A stretch of DNA of 63,699 nt, counting the filler, from Octopus bimaculoides (Eukaryota), in NCBI RefSeq assembly GCF_001194135.2. It is 8 parts of 7 records of this genome, joined end to end, with 100 filler letters (N's around TTAATTAATTAA, not from the genome) between each part and the next. Parts side by side here need not be neighbours in the genome. Positions count along the whole stretch, not along the records: positions 11,564 to 37,487 come from NC_068988.1; positions 37,588 to 50,219 come from NC_068985.1; 6 more parts are not named here. One strand, 5' to 3'. Position 1 is the stretch's first letter, and every line of letters begins with the position of its first letter. Both the position numbers and the translations under genes were made by a program. Positions 25,283-38,400 of this stretch are shown here, one piece after another. A model generated the notes under the pieces. That model did no database searches, was not told the DNA's origin, and saw only the letters and a program-made list of their open reading frames with translations.

Positions 25283-25658
25283 GGAGGCGTAATGGCCCAG
25301 TGGTTAGGGCAGTGGACTCGCGGTCGTAGGATCGTGGTTTCGATTCCCAGAACGGGCATTGTGAGTGTTTATTGAGCGAAAACACCTAAAGTTCTACGAG
25401 GCTCCGGCAGGGGGTGATGGTGAACCCTGCTGTACTCTTTCACCACAACTTTCTCTCACTCTTCCTGTTTCAGTTGTACCTGTATTTCAAAGGGCCAGCC
25501 TTGTCACACTGTGTCACGCTGAATCTCCCCAAGAACTGTGTTAAAGGTGCACATGTCTGTGGAGTGCTCAGCCACTCACATGTTAATTTCACGAGCAGGC
25601 TGTTCTATTGATCGGATCAACTGCAACCCTCATCGTCGTAACCGACGGAGTGCCAACC
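25283..25658 (+). mobile_element. tRNA-derived SINE (family A), full length
   Basis: A box TGGCCCAGTGG, B box-like GTTTCGATTCCC, ~380-bp body ending gacggagtgccaac. Five copies in the window. Confidence 0.9.
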
Positions 25659-26402
25659 ACATGAATAATTACAGTTATTCATATTTGTCACAATCATATT
25701 TGCACTTAATATGCAGAAAGTTTTTCTGAGCTACTTAACCTTTCTCCTATATTGTCTGACCTACAAATTTAATGTATGTGAAGTGTGACAATTTAGAGAA
25801 ATTATGTGATAAAGACTACTACGTTTTTGTATAACATATCAGAGTTATCATACCATACGAGATACGTCTCACTTCTCTGTTCTGTTTTATTTTTAATGGA
25901 CCAGTCAGTGGAGGAAGATCACCAGCCGTTACAATTTTCACTGTCACTGAAACTGGTGGCACAGAGGTAGGGAGGAAGTTATCTCCAGACGGGAAAAAAT
26001 ATCCAGGCACCAAGTGGTCGTACCAAACAGGATGGATTAGATTTGCCATCGTCACTTATGTGATGTAGAGATATATCATAATATTGGATATATTTGTTAT
26101 ACACATCTTAACTGCTGTATACTAAGTGTTAGATCATGTATGGCACATAATCCTGTACAGACATACCATGACATACATATTGCTTACACAACTTTTTAAT
26201 GCCTATATGTCAAGTATTAAATATTGTATTTATCGACAAGAAATGATGGAAGGAAAATTCGAACACTGTGAGATTTGAACTTAGATCATAGGAACGATTA
26301 ATATAGAGCAATTTATCCGACGTTCTAACAACTCAACCAATTGGCCACCGATTTAGTCACCTGATTCATATTTTGACTGCCTTTAATCATAGGTCTCCTC
26401 AA

Positions 26403-26590
26403 GGAGACGAGCTGGCTGCATCGTTAGCACAACGGACAAAAAGCTTAGCAACATTTCTTCCGGCTCGTTACGCTCTGAGTTAAAATTCCGTCGTGATCGA
26501 CTTTGCCTTTCATACTTCGGGGTCGATAAAATAAGTACCAGTTGAGCTCTGGGACCAATGTAATCGATTATAACCCTCTCCCAAAATTTC
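26403..26590 (+). mobile_element. SINE family B variant
   Basis: cgagctggc...gactttgcctttcatacttcggggtcgataaaataagtaccagtt. Confidence 0.7.
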
Positions 26591-27825
26591 ACACTTTATG
26601 CCTTCAGGAAAGAGGATTATGAGTCTGCCGCATCAGAATTACGTTGAGGCCAAACAGCAAGCAAAAAAAAAAAGATACAGCATTTTGTTCAAAGATGAAA
26701 TTTCAAATAATCGAATGACATTCATTTTCAAACCGCACAATTCACAACCTAAAATGAGAAAACAGAAAATATCAATTTAAACAGATGGAGAAACAGAATA
26801 AAATTTGCTCTAACCAGCTCCCTCTAACTCTTATTTCGTGATGGATGAAAGGATCTAGCGGTCAGTTGCATTACTAATATATATAATATATAATGATATG
26901 TGTTCTCCATTCTGCTCTTTGTCTGTCTGCCATAGAAACATTTTCAATTTTGTTTATTATGTTATTGTCAATATCAAAGAGGGAAATGTGCAACATAAAT
27001 GCGAGGAAACTTAATAGCAATAAAACGCTTAAGCTGGTTTCATATATACATTTACATCCATACATATATATATGTATATGTATATATATATATATNNNNN
27101 NNNNNNNNNNNNNNNNNNNNNNNNNNNNNNNNNNNNNNNNNNNNNNNNNNNNNNNNNNNNNNNNNNNNNNNNNNNNNNNNNNNNNNNNNNNNNNNNNNNN
27201 NNNNNNNNNNNNNNNNNNNNNNNNNNNNNNNNNNNNNNNNNNNNNNNNNNNNNNNNNNNNNNNNNNNNNNNNNNNNNNNNNNNNNNNNNNNNNNNNNNNN
27301 NNNNNNNNNNNNNNNNNNNNNNNNNNNNNNNNNNNNNNNNNNNNNNNNNNNNNNNNNNNNNNNNNNNNNNNNNNNNNNNNNNNNNNNNNNNNNNNNNNNN
27401 NNNNNNNNNNNNNNNNNNNNNNNNNNNNNNNNNNNNNNNNNNNNNNNNNNNNNNNNNNNNNNNNNNNNNNNNNNNNNNNNNNNNNNNNNNNNNNNNNNNN
27501 NNNNNNNNNNNNNNNNNNNNNNNNNNNNNNNNNNNNNNNNNNNNNNNNNNNNNNNNNNNNNNNNNNNNNNNNNNNNNNNNNNNNNNNNNNNNNNNNNNNN
27601 NNNNNNNNNNNNNNNNNNNNNNNNNNNNNNNNNNNNNNNNNNNNNNNNNNNNNNNNNNNNNNNNNNNNNNNNNNNNNNNNNNNNNNNNNNNNNNNNNNNN
27701 NNNNNNNNNNNNNNNNNNNNNNNNNNNNNNNNNNNNNNNNNNNNNNNNNNNNNNNNNNNNNNNNNNNNNNNNNNNNNNNNNNNNNNNGTTGATAACAGGA
27801 AAGTTACTATCGGTCATGTGATTAG

Positions 27826-27858
<33 letters not shown>

Positions 27859-27887
27859 CCACCACCATCATTATCATCATCATCGTT

Positions 27888-27918
<31 letters not shown>

Positions 27919-28093
27919 CCACCACCATCATTATCATCATCATCGTTATCATCGCTATTATGATGATCATTGTGATCACATTCATCAAGAACATTAATGA
28001 TGAAGGCGATAGTGGGGGTGACGGACGGTGGTGGTGGTGGTGGTGGTGGTGTTGGTGGTGGGAAGATTGCAATGATGACAATGATGATGATGA

Positions 28094-28164
<71 letters not shown>

Positions 28165-29162
28165 GTGCTAGTATTGGTTGTAGGAATGATAGTAGTGAGG
28201 ATGGTTGTAATAATAGCGAAGNNNNNNNNNNNNNNNNNNNNNNNNNNNNNNNNNNNNNNNNNNNNNNNNNNNNNNNNNNNNNNNNNNNNNNNNNNNNNNN
28301 NNNNNNNNNNNNNNNNNNNNNNNNNNNNNNNNNNNNNNNNNNNNNNNNNNNNNNNNNNNNNNNNNNNNNNNNNNNNNNNNNNNNNNNNNNNNNNNNNNNN
28401 NNNNNNNNNNNNNNNNNNNNNNNNNNNNNNNNNNNNNNNNNNNNNNNNNNNNNNNNNNNNNNNNNNNNNNNNNNNNNNNNNNNNNNNNNNNNNNNNNNNN
28501 NNNNNNNNNNNNNNNNNNNNNNNNNNNNNNNNNNNNNNNNNNNNNNNNNNNNNNNNNNNNNNNNNNNNNNNNNNNNNNNNNNNNNNNNNNNNNNNNNNNN
28601 NNNNNNNNNNNNNNNNNNNNNNNNNNNNNNNNNNNNNNNNNNNNNNNNNNNNNNNNNNNNNNNNNNNNNNNNNNNNNNNNNNNNNNNNNNNNNNNNNNNN
28701 NNNNNNNNNNNNNNNNNNNNNNNNNNNNNNNNNNNNNNNNNNNNNNNNNNNNNNNNNNNNNNNNNNNNNNNNNNNNNNNNNNNNNNNNNNNNNNNNNNNN
28801 NNNNNNNNNNNNNNNNNNNNNNNNNNNNNNNNNNNNNNNNNNNNNNNNNNNNNNNNNNNNNNNNNNNNNNNNNNNNNNNNNNNNNNNNNNNNNNNNNNNN
28901 NNNNNNNNNNNNNNNNNNNNNNNNNNNNNNNNNNNNNNNNNNNNNNNNNNNNNNNNNNNNNNNNNNNNNNNNNNNNNNNNNNNNNNNNNNNNNNNNNNNN
29001 NNNNNNNNNNNNNNNNNNNNNNNNNNNNNNNNNNNNNNNNNNNNNNNNNNNNNNNNNNNNNNNNNNNNNNNNNNNNNNNNNNNNNNNNNNNNNNNNNNNN
29101 NNNNNNNNNNNNNNNNNNNNNNNNNNNNNNNNNNNNNNNNNNNNNNNNNNNNNNNNNNNNNN

Positions 29163-29370
29163 CACTCTTACTTCCTGTTTCTGTTGTGCCTGTAATTCAA
29201 AGGGCCAGCCTTGTCACACTGTGTCACGCTGAATATCCCCGAGAACTACATTAAGGGTACACGTGTCTGTGGAGTGCTCAGCCACTTGCACGTTAATTTC
29301 ACGAGCAGGCTGTTCCGTTGATCGGATCAACTAGAACCCTCGACGTCGTAAGCGACGGAGTGCCAACAAC
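29163..29370 (+). mobile_element. SINE family A, 3' half (5' half in gap)
   Basis: Matches the family A 3' half. Confidence 0.85.
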
Positions 29371-29446
29371 ATCTTAATTATGATCGTTGTGTGTGTTTTC
29401 TAGAATGCTGTCGTTCTAACTGTTATCATTGTTGTTGTTATTGCCG

Positions 29447-29477
<31 letters not shown>

Positions 29478-29688
29478 GCTTACTGTTGTTACCTTGATGT
29501 TGTCCTAGGTCTGTTGTTCCTGTTGGTGTTGGCAGATTCAATTATCGTCACTCTTATGTAATGTTCTCGTTTTATCTTTCTTTTGTTTGTTGGTGACCAT
29601 CGTTTCATATTGTATCTTGAGCAACGGAGTTGCTCATGGTGTCAAATTTTTTAGAGACAGGTTACGATTTGAGAAATAATACCAGCTA

Positions 29689-30583
29689 CGAGGTGGTATC
29701 AAAAAGTTCCCTTACTAGTTCTGTAGTGCGCCAATAGATGGCAGCACACGGTTGCGTGTGCATTGAGAGCTAGCAGTGATCTTAAAGAGGTAGTGTGCCG
29801 AATGAGATCATAGTGTTTACTTCGCAAGCTCTAAAATTTGTGTTTTTTGTGAACACGTGTATGGTGTAGTCTGCGATTTTGTCATGGACAAGAAGTTGGA
29901 GCAAAGAACCAATGTGAACTTTTGGATAAACTTGGAAAGTCCGATACAGAAACATTGAGAATGCTTCTGCAAACGTACGGCGATGAAGAAATGGGTCGTA
30001 CGCAATGTTTCGAGTGGCACGAGTGCTTCAAAAGCGGAAAAACGTCCTTGGAAGAAGATCAGCGATCTGGAAGACCTACAATGGGCATTACCGCCGGAAA
30101 TATATTGTACATGGAGAATTCTTCCCCAGGGTCAGACCTGCGATCTTTGAAGCGTCTGAGGGCGGAAATTCTTCGAAAGCGACTGGATCTGTGGAGTGCG
30201 AAGAATAGGCTTCTTCACCGAGCTCTCCTCATTCGTGATTTTCTCGCCAAAAACAACATGGCATCGCTTCTGCACCCGCCTTATTCGCCAGATTTACTAC
30301 CTGCAGACTTCCAACTCTTCCCCCAAAAGGAAAATGCAGTTCAAAGGTCACCGTTTTAACATCGTTGTCGAGATCCAGAGAGAATCGCAGAAGGTCCTCG
30401 ACTCGCTCACGGAAAACGACCTCCAGGTCGGATTCCAAAAGTGGCAGGAATGGTGGGACTGGTGTATTGCTGCGTAAGGTGACTATTTCGAAGGAGATGA
30501 TGCTAAAATTTAGGTAAATAAGTTTGTTTTTGTTTTTTTTTTTGTTAAAATAACTAGTCCGGGAACATTTTGTTATCACCTTG
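29689..30583 (+). mobile_element. Internally deleted mariner transposon, 895 bp
   Basis: TA duplication (29687-88, 30584-85) and imperfect ~32-bp TIRs. Peptides MDKKLEQRTNVNF, KLGKS.TET...YG...MGRTQCFEWH..FKSG..SLEEDQRSGRP, HPPYSPDL.PADF.LFP and W..CIAA*GDYFEGD. The WVPH region and first catalytic Asp region are missing. Confidence 0.93.
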
Positions 30584-31134
30584 TATTTCTAGCTGGTCAA
30601 CAACCGTGAAATGATCCTCTATATNNNNNNNNNNNNNNNNNNNNNNNNNNNNNNNNNNNNNNNNNNNNNNNNNNNNNNNNNNNNNNNNNNNNNNNNNNNN
30701 NNNNNNNNNNNNNNNNNNNNNNNNNNNNNNNNNNNNNNNNNNNNNNNNNNNNNNNNNNNNNNNNNNNNNNNNNNNNNNNNNNNNNNNNNNNNNNNNNNNN
30801 NNNNNNNNNNNNNNNNNNNNNNNNNNNNNNNNNNNNNNNNNNNNNNNNNNNNNNNNNNNNNNNNNNNNNNNNNNNNNNNNNNNNNNNNNNNNNNNNNNNN
30901 NNNNNNNNNNNNNNNNNNNNNNNNNNNNNNNNNNNNNNNNNNNNNNNNNNNNNNNNNNNNNNNNNNNNNNNNNNNNNNNNNNNNNNNNNNNNNNNNNNNN
31001 NNNNNNNNNNNNNNNNNNNNNNNNNNNNNNNNNNNNNNNNNNNNNNNNNNNNNNNNNNNNNNNNNNNNNNNNNNNNNNNNNNNNNNNNNNNNNNNNNNNN
31101 NNNNNNNNNNNNNNNNNNNNNNNNNNNNNNNNNN

Positions 31135-31172
<38 letters not shown>

Positions 31173-31411
31173 TAATCTAGAAGACAGTTTATTCACCGCA
31201 CCCTGTATATATGTATAAATATATATATGCATGAAAATATATATGTATGTATGTATAGATAGATAGATAGATAGATAGATAAATACATACATACATATGT
31301 ATATATACATACATGCATATATATACATAAACACGCACACACGCATGCACACATATATATACATGTATGCTCACATGCATACAAAACTAGATACACACAT
31401 GCGCACACTTA

Positions 31412-31794
31412 TTGTTGGCACTCCGTCGCTTACGACGTCGTGGGTTCCAGTTGATCCGATCAACGGAACAGCCTGCTCGTGAAATTAGCGTGCAAGTGGC
31501 TGAGCACTCCACAGACACGTGTACCTTTAACGTAGTTCTCCGGGATATTCAGCGAGACACAGTGTGACAAGGCTGAGCTTTTGAATTACAAGCACAAACA
31601 GAAACAGGAAGTAAGAGTGAGAGAAAGTTGTGGTGAAAGAGTACAGCAGGGTTTGCCACCATCCCCTGCCGGAGCCTCGAGGAGCTTTAGGTGTTTTCGC
31701 TCAATAAATACTCACAACGCCCGGTCTGGGAATCGAAACCGCGATCCTATGACCGCGAGTCCGCTGCCCTGACCACTGGGCCATTGCGCCTCCA
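31412..31794 (-). mobile_element. SINE family A, full length
   Basis: Reverse complement of family A. Confidence 0.9.
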
Positions 31795-32771
31795 CACACA
31801 CACACACACGTATACATACATACATATATACATAAAATACATGCGGAGGGAAGAGAAGGGTTTAATGAGTATATCTAGTTTTAATCCTTTACCAATACCG
31901 AAATCCTTAATTAAAATATTTAAAATCGATTGAATTATTAAAATATTGAATTCTTTCGTAGATACAAGGAAGCAGTACGCTTTGGAACAATCAATAAATT
32001 GTCTCAATAATTCTAAGGAATTTTATACTCAATTTCGACAAATTAAATGAAAAATGTAAAATAAGATTATTGAATTGTTTTAGATGAGAAAATACTTATT
32101 ATATTTTTGATTATTCTATTCGCTTAATTCCAGATTATGGCTTGTAGCCGTGACCATCCCATTTTTTTTTTATTCAGTTATAGTATGATTTCTATCTTTT
32201 ATATTTTACTTGCTTCAGTCATTGTATTGCGGCCATCCTGGGACATCATCTTGAATAGCTTTAGTCGAACGAATCGACCCCAGTATCTATGTTTCTTTTT
32301 TTTTTTAAGTTAGTTACATACAAATCTGTAAATACATACATACATGCATACATGCATACATACATACATACATACATACTACAGATTCAAGCCATCAATG
32401 GAACTGTAAAGATATGTAAAACTTTCCAAAAATTTAGCACATAAATACATATGCATGCATCTAGACATGAAAATATATACATAAAAACGCATCCATAAAA
32501 CAAACATCCAAATCTGCGCATAAATACATATGCATACGCCTAGACATGAAAATATATACATAAAAACGCATCCATAAAACAAACATACAAATCTGCGCAT
32601 ACACTAACACCGAATACTGCACACACACACATATATGCACAAATACCTAGATGATGTTGATAAAAGTTCCATTGAAGGAGCCTTGAATCTATGTTAGAGT
32701 CCGGCGCTTTCTCTATTGACAAGAAATACAGAAATGAAACGGATTGATAACATACATACATACATACATAC

Positions 32772-32942
32772 ATGGTGAAAGTCAAAGTGTGACCGAGTAA
32801 GATCACTTTCTAGACTCAGTAAATCTGTGCAAACTTTTCGATATGCCAATAAGTTCCTAAGCGTGAATTTGTTTTGTGTGGATAAAGCGTTACCCAGCAG
32901 TAAACCCACTGTCAGCGCAATCAACCAATGACACAACCGAAG
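32772..32942 (-). CDS. Candidate 171-nt phase 0/0 exon with a signal-peptide-like start
   Basis: Acceptor tctcAG, donor CAT|GTATGT. Only one of the three frames is open: LRLCHWLIALTVGLLLGNALSTQNKFTLRNLLAYRKVCTDLLSLESDLTRSHFDFHH. Confidence 0.4.
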
Positions 32943-33253
32943 CTGAGACGATCAGAAACCGATTGCATTTGAAGATTTTAATTTTTTTTATACATGATTA
33001 CCTTCTTGAAAAAAGTCCTGATGAGAAGAAGGGATCTTTCACCTCAGTGATTCGCATGCTAGCTACCCACAGCTGCAACCCCTACAGGTGCTACTATACC
33101 CGGTCAGAGTAAACATGGGCTAAGAAGTGGTTCTATACACCTCAAAACCCTGGGAACCTCCATACCAGAGCTCACTACCGAATTCAGTTTAAAGTCACAT
33201 CCAGAACATACATACATTCATACATACATACACAAAATTCTATTAGTGAAGTG

Positions 33254-33306
<53 letters not shown>

Positions 33307-34029
33307 AGCTACGCACACACGCACACACACTTACACATACGAAGGTATAAATACGTCTTTACATAGAGAGAATAAAAAGATATAAGTCGGAACAGAGGAA
33401 AATATTATCGCCCAGTTAGTACTTTTTCTTTTGCCAACAACCCATAACATATTTGTACCACTAAGTTATGACTCAATTGTGAAGTTGTGAAGTCCAATCA
33501 GGCTCCTAGAATATAAACTGGGTATTGATATAGAATATACTTTTGTTAAGTTTCGAACCCTGCTATCAGTTTCTCCGATAACTTTATCATAAACCCAATA
33601 CAATATATGATAATTAATAAACTCTGTTAAATTGTTTTATCTCCTATAAGGATGTCGATTATTTCAATGGAATTACAGTTCTTTCTATTTTAATCCCTGC
33701 TAAAATAAACCAATGATGAACTATATTTCATTGAAGAAATAATCTATTATCTACAATAGCCATATATATCGATATTGATATCGATATATTTCCTATTACT
33801 GAACAGATATAAATAAGGTGATTGAATTTACTGGTCAATATAATTTTTCAACTTCACCCACCAACTTATACTTCATTGTCTGTCATTCTATGAGTTATAC
33901 ACACACGTACACATATACACGAACACACACACACACACACACAAACATACACACGAGCACAAACGCATATACACGCATACACACGCAAATACACATATAT
34001 ACATATGCATATGGATATATATATATATA

Positions 34030-34062
<33 letters not shown>

Positions 34063-34262
34063 NNNNNNNNNNNNNNNNNNNNNNNNNNNNNNNNNNNNNN
34101 NNNNNNNNNNNNNNNNNNNNNNNNNNNNNNNNNNNNNNNNNNNNNNNNNNNNNNNNNNNNNNNNNNNNNNNNNNNNNNNNNNNNNNNNNNNNNNNNNNNN
34201 NNNNNNNNNNNNNNNNNNNNNNNNNNNNNNNNNNNNNNNNNNNNNNNNNNNNNNNNNNNNNN

Positions 34263-34306
<44 letters not shown>

Positions 34307-34499
34307 ACATTAACAGACAGACAGATAGGCAGATTGAGAAATGGAAAAAGAGATAACACCTTATTAAAAAGGAATATAAAACCTTTAATTAATTTTATTA
34401 TCGATTATCAAATATTTATATTATTATCAATAAATCAATTAAAATCAATTATGTTCAGAATATTTCTTTGTATAAAAGCTTGCTATTTGAAGAAGAAAT

Positions 34500-35760
34500 A
34501 TATGTGTATATACCGAAAGTAATGCAAAAGTGAGCCTAACTTTTTTTATTATCTGACATTCGAAATGCATATACGGGCAGAAGAAAAAAAAAACTCTTCC
34601 GCTATACAATAGTACTGCTGAACAATCTCTATCACAAACGATACATTTGCATCATCTTTAAACCCAGATCTAGAATTCCTTTTGAAAATTTCAGGTGTGC
34701 GCTGTTTTATCCACTTCTTCACAGCTATTTTCACTTCGACTCTGTTATGAAATCGTTCACTCCAGTGTTTCTCAACCATTTTTACCTATTTACCCCTTCG
34801 ATTTCTATTTTATTCGGATAGGCCTTCTAGCCATACAATGTTTAAAGAATCATGCATTTTTATGATTAAATATTACCAGGAATTGTATTGAAAAAATTGT
34901 TAAAATATTTTGTGTATTATAGAAGCATAACCAATGTATTACACATAAATTTTAACATCCATGTGGACGCCAGTTGAAAGCCACTAGTTTACTCCAAAGT
35001 GTGTCGTTCATTAGACCGAAAGTGTGGTCGGAGTGCGCCAGATTAAGGTTGTGCGGTAGATTGTGTGGCCGCTGACTCACACAATTTGGCGATTGCTTGA
35101 TTTGTTGCAAAAGATGTGTGTGGTTCCGCACTGTCGTGGCGAATGTGGATCGTGGTTCGATTTCTTCGTTCAAATGGCTTTCTGAGCTTTTTTTAGGTAC
35201 CTCGTTGTACCGCTCGCTATTCACGGTACAACCACGCTCCAGAAAATTAGGTAGAATGACTACCTTGTCATCCTCCAAAACACCCACCATGTCTTTCTAG
35301 CTCTTGAACTTCAACCTTGGAGAAGAGATGTTACGTCATTTCCAGTTCATCAAAATACGCCCATTTTTCATCCCCTGTCGCTAGATTGGTAACAACACTG
35401 TCTGTCTTCAAAGGCTTCCAGCAGATCAGAGCAAACTTCCACCCTTCTCTGCTTCAAATCATATTGAATGTCGACTGCCGATGTACCCACTTTGCAATCA
35501 CTTTTCTATACCCAAAGTTTTCCACCATGTTCTGCAATGCATTGTGACCAAAGGCCCACTGAACTACAAGCTCACGACTCATTTGTCCGCGCGAATCAAT
35601 TCGTCCGCTCGCTGGCGATCCATATGAATGGTCGCAATTGATGGCTTCCTACTGTGGTTTGTCATCAACATTGGAGTTACCTTCATTAGACTTCATACAT
35701 TAGTGCACATTACTCTTGCCTCCATAAACAATCTTTTCTTTTTGTGAATGTCAGTCAGTC
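34500..35760 (-). mobile_element. Decayed mariner transposon interrupted by a hAT MITE
   Basis: Minus strand: EGNSNVDDKP (HTH, RSGRP-like region), GYRKVIAKWVHRQ (WVPR-like), VILPNFLERGCTVNSERY, NLAHSDH.FG, F...EVK.AVKKW. Boundaries approximate. Confidence 0.85.
34763..34986 (+). mobile_element. hAT MITE nested in mariner
   Basis: Left TIR CAGTGTTTCTCAACC, degenerate right TIR, 8-bp TSD GTTCACTC (34755-62)/GTTTACTC (34987-94). Removing it rejoins the mariner reading LMNDTLWS-ERFHNRVEVK. Confidence 0.85.
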
Positions 35761-36440
35761 TACAACCCTCTTTCATTAAACACTACTCTGCTGCCGTTTC
35801 CAAGTTCAATGACTGGTCAGGCAAAGTGGATTTAAGTATAAATCCACTATATTCTACATCCACTGGAAACAACGTATGCTGTCACACACGTCTCACACTA
35901 TTGGCCATATTTTTCATATTGCTTTTACTTGATTAATCTAGAGGATGGGTCATTACTTGTGATTTTTGCAACCCGACAGATTAGTAAGCTTGACGACTTA
36001 ATGTTTTGTTTAAAATGTTTAAAATATTGCGAGGAGAAGATTCCAGGTGGCTGAATTACTGAGTAAAAATGACCGGGGTTAGTGATTAGTGGACACCTGG
36101 TGACTGAACGCAATTTGATTGATGAGAAGTCGAACAATAAGTGGGACGGTAATGCCTAAGTGAGGAGCTATGAGACTAGCTAACTCCAAGGAACGGGATC
36201 ATTATAGTAGCAATGGAGTACGTGAGTGTGTAAATGATACAGATACATAATACACACAAATTTACGAGCAGATATGTGTGTTTATATGTGTGTATATATG
36301 TGTGTTTATGTGCGTGCGTGCGTGTAAATATGTACGTGTATGTATGTATGTATGTATGTATGTATGTATGTATGTATGTGTGTATGTATGTATGTTTGTA
36401 TGTATGTATGTATGTATGTATGTATGTATGTATTAGAGAG

Positions 36441-36825
36441 TGGAGGCGCAATGGCCCAGTGGTTAGGACAGCGGACTCGCGGTCATAGGATCGCGGTTTC
36501 GATTCCCAGACCGGGCGTTGTGAGTGTTTATTGAGCGAAAACACCTAAAGCTCCACGAGGCTCCGGCAGGGGATGGTGGCGAACCCTGCTGTACTCTTTC
36601 ACCACAACTTTCTCTCACTCTTACTTCCTGTTTCTGCTGTGCCTGTAATTCAAAGGGTCAGCCTTGTCGCACTCTGTGTCACGCTGAATATCCCCGAGAA
36701 CTACGTTAAGGGTACACGTGTATGTGTAGTGCTCAGCCACATGCACGTTAATTTCACGAGCAGGCTGTTCCGTTGATCTGATCAACTGGAACCCTCGACG
36801 TCGTAAGCGACGGAGAGCCAACAAC
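36441..36825 (+). mobile_element. SINE family A, full length
   Basis: A/B boxes plus the family body. Confidence 0.92.
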
Positions 36826-37174
36826 ACACACATGTATGCATGCATGTATGTATGTATGTATGTATACAAATATATACATATATATACTTAGATATGGTCA
36901 TACATAATCATAATTGTTTAGAGCAAAAAAGTCGCGTAGTCTGGCATTTGTTAAGGGAGTGCAGAAAGAATTCAAGTTTCGAATAGCTAAAAAAAAGCAT
37001 TCCAACAGTCAAAGAAGAACCCGTCAAGAGCTTGGGGCGATTATACGCTGGAACATTGTCAGATAGAAGTCGCAGAATGGAAATAACGAAACAAGCCGAG
37101 GCTGGATTATCAGCGATTGGTAACTCGAAGTTATGGATGGACGGACGGACGGACAGACAGACAGACAGTCAGAC

Positions 37175-37276
<102 letters not shown>

Positions 37277-37699
37277 GAGGGTGCTTGCGTATGTTTGTAA
37301 TAGAATGTATGTATGTGGAGGAAGTTTATTTTCACCTTTAGCTCAAACTCACAGTTAATATACACTCCATTCTGAAATAACAGATGAAAAGTAACAAAAG
37401 AACATATTGCGACAATGTTGAAATATTCCAGTAATTTACATAAAAAGTATTTAAAGACCATACCATAATTAATATCTGAATATGTTANNNNNNNNNNNNN
37501 NNNNNNNNNNNNNNNNNNNNNNNNNNNNNNNTTAATTAATTAANNNNNNNNNNNNNNNNNNNNNNNNNNNNNNNNNNNNNNNNNNNNATATATATAAGTA
37601 CATATGGAGAGATATGCAGATATGTATATTCTCTTTTTGTTTTTAACTTAGTGTAAATTTCGACCGGCCACCTGATTGGTAGCAAGATCGTGAAGGAAA

Positions 37700-38400
37700 C
37701 CATCCTTGTTCATCATCCTTTAAATCTTGAGAAGTTCTTGAAGATTTTTATAGTCCCAGATATCGTGATCATTTGTACGGTGTTAATTAAGGATCTGTGT
37801 TCCTTCTCCAAATACCTAAGTTCAACAATGCTTTGCTCTAGACGGGTAAGTATGTATCTTGTTGCTCCAGTATGGAACTGAAAGTGTAAATTGGGTACTG
37901 CATTTGTAAACTCCTTAGCAATGATCCATAGAGGTCCTCTCTCTCTCTTGTATTTTTCTAATCACACTGTAGTCCAAAAGGCAACAGATTTCCACAAAAG
38001 AACATATCTTTTTCTTGTGGTCCCACACAACATCTGGCCGATTGTGTTTTAACTTCTTGGCTGTTTCAGTTTTTAACTTCCACCAATATTCTTCTGACCC
38101 ATGGGTCTCAATATAGTAACTTTGTAAGTAGTTTTCTTTTTTCGTTATCCTGTTCTGGCCATTGCGTCATACCTCATGGGAAGGCAACACCTGGAAGACA
38201 TTCTCTCACAGTTGGCAATAATGTAGTCGACGTTTTCAGTCTTGGTTTTGCACAACTTACATTTGTTGTCAGTCGACGTACCGTTTTTTTGCTTTTTATG
38301 CTGTAGGTACTTTGGTGGATATCTCTTGTTCTTGAATTGCATGGAAGTAGCCTTTGAAGTGGGAAGTCACAAACTTATCAGTCCTCAAAAAGACACATAG
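37700..38400 (-). mobile_element. Decayed R4/NeSL-type non-LTR fragment (zinc knuckle plus RLE)
   Basis: Minus strand: AIQEQEIST, DNKCKLCKTKTENVDYIIANC...LPMRYD, HNRPD.VWDH (PD motif), EDLYGSLLRSLQMQYP. Confidence 0.75.

Noticed and set aside
25283-25360. tRNA-like A/B boxes suggesting tRNA genes
   Set aside because: These are heads of multi-copy SINEs followed by family-specific bodies, with no complete cloverleaf identified.
26893-29232. Long ORFs (299-447 aa) in the ORF track, including poly-His/Asp
   Set aside because: They are open only because of N runs and (CAT)/(GAT) microsatellites. The same applies to 41175-43159 and other X-rich ORFs.
32645-32712. Apparent exon with strong acceptor and donor
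   Set aside because: The sequence is a dispersed repeat (also at ~60640-60715), so the splice-like signals are not good evidence of an exon.
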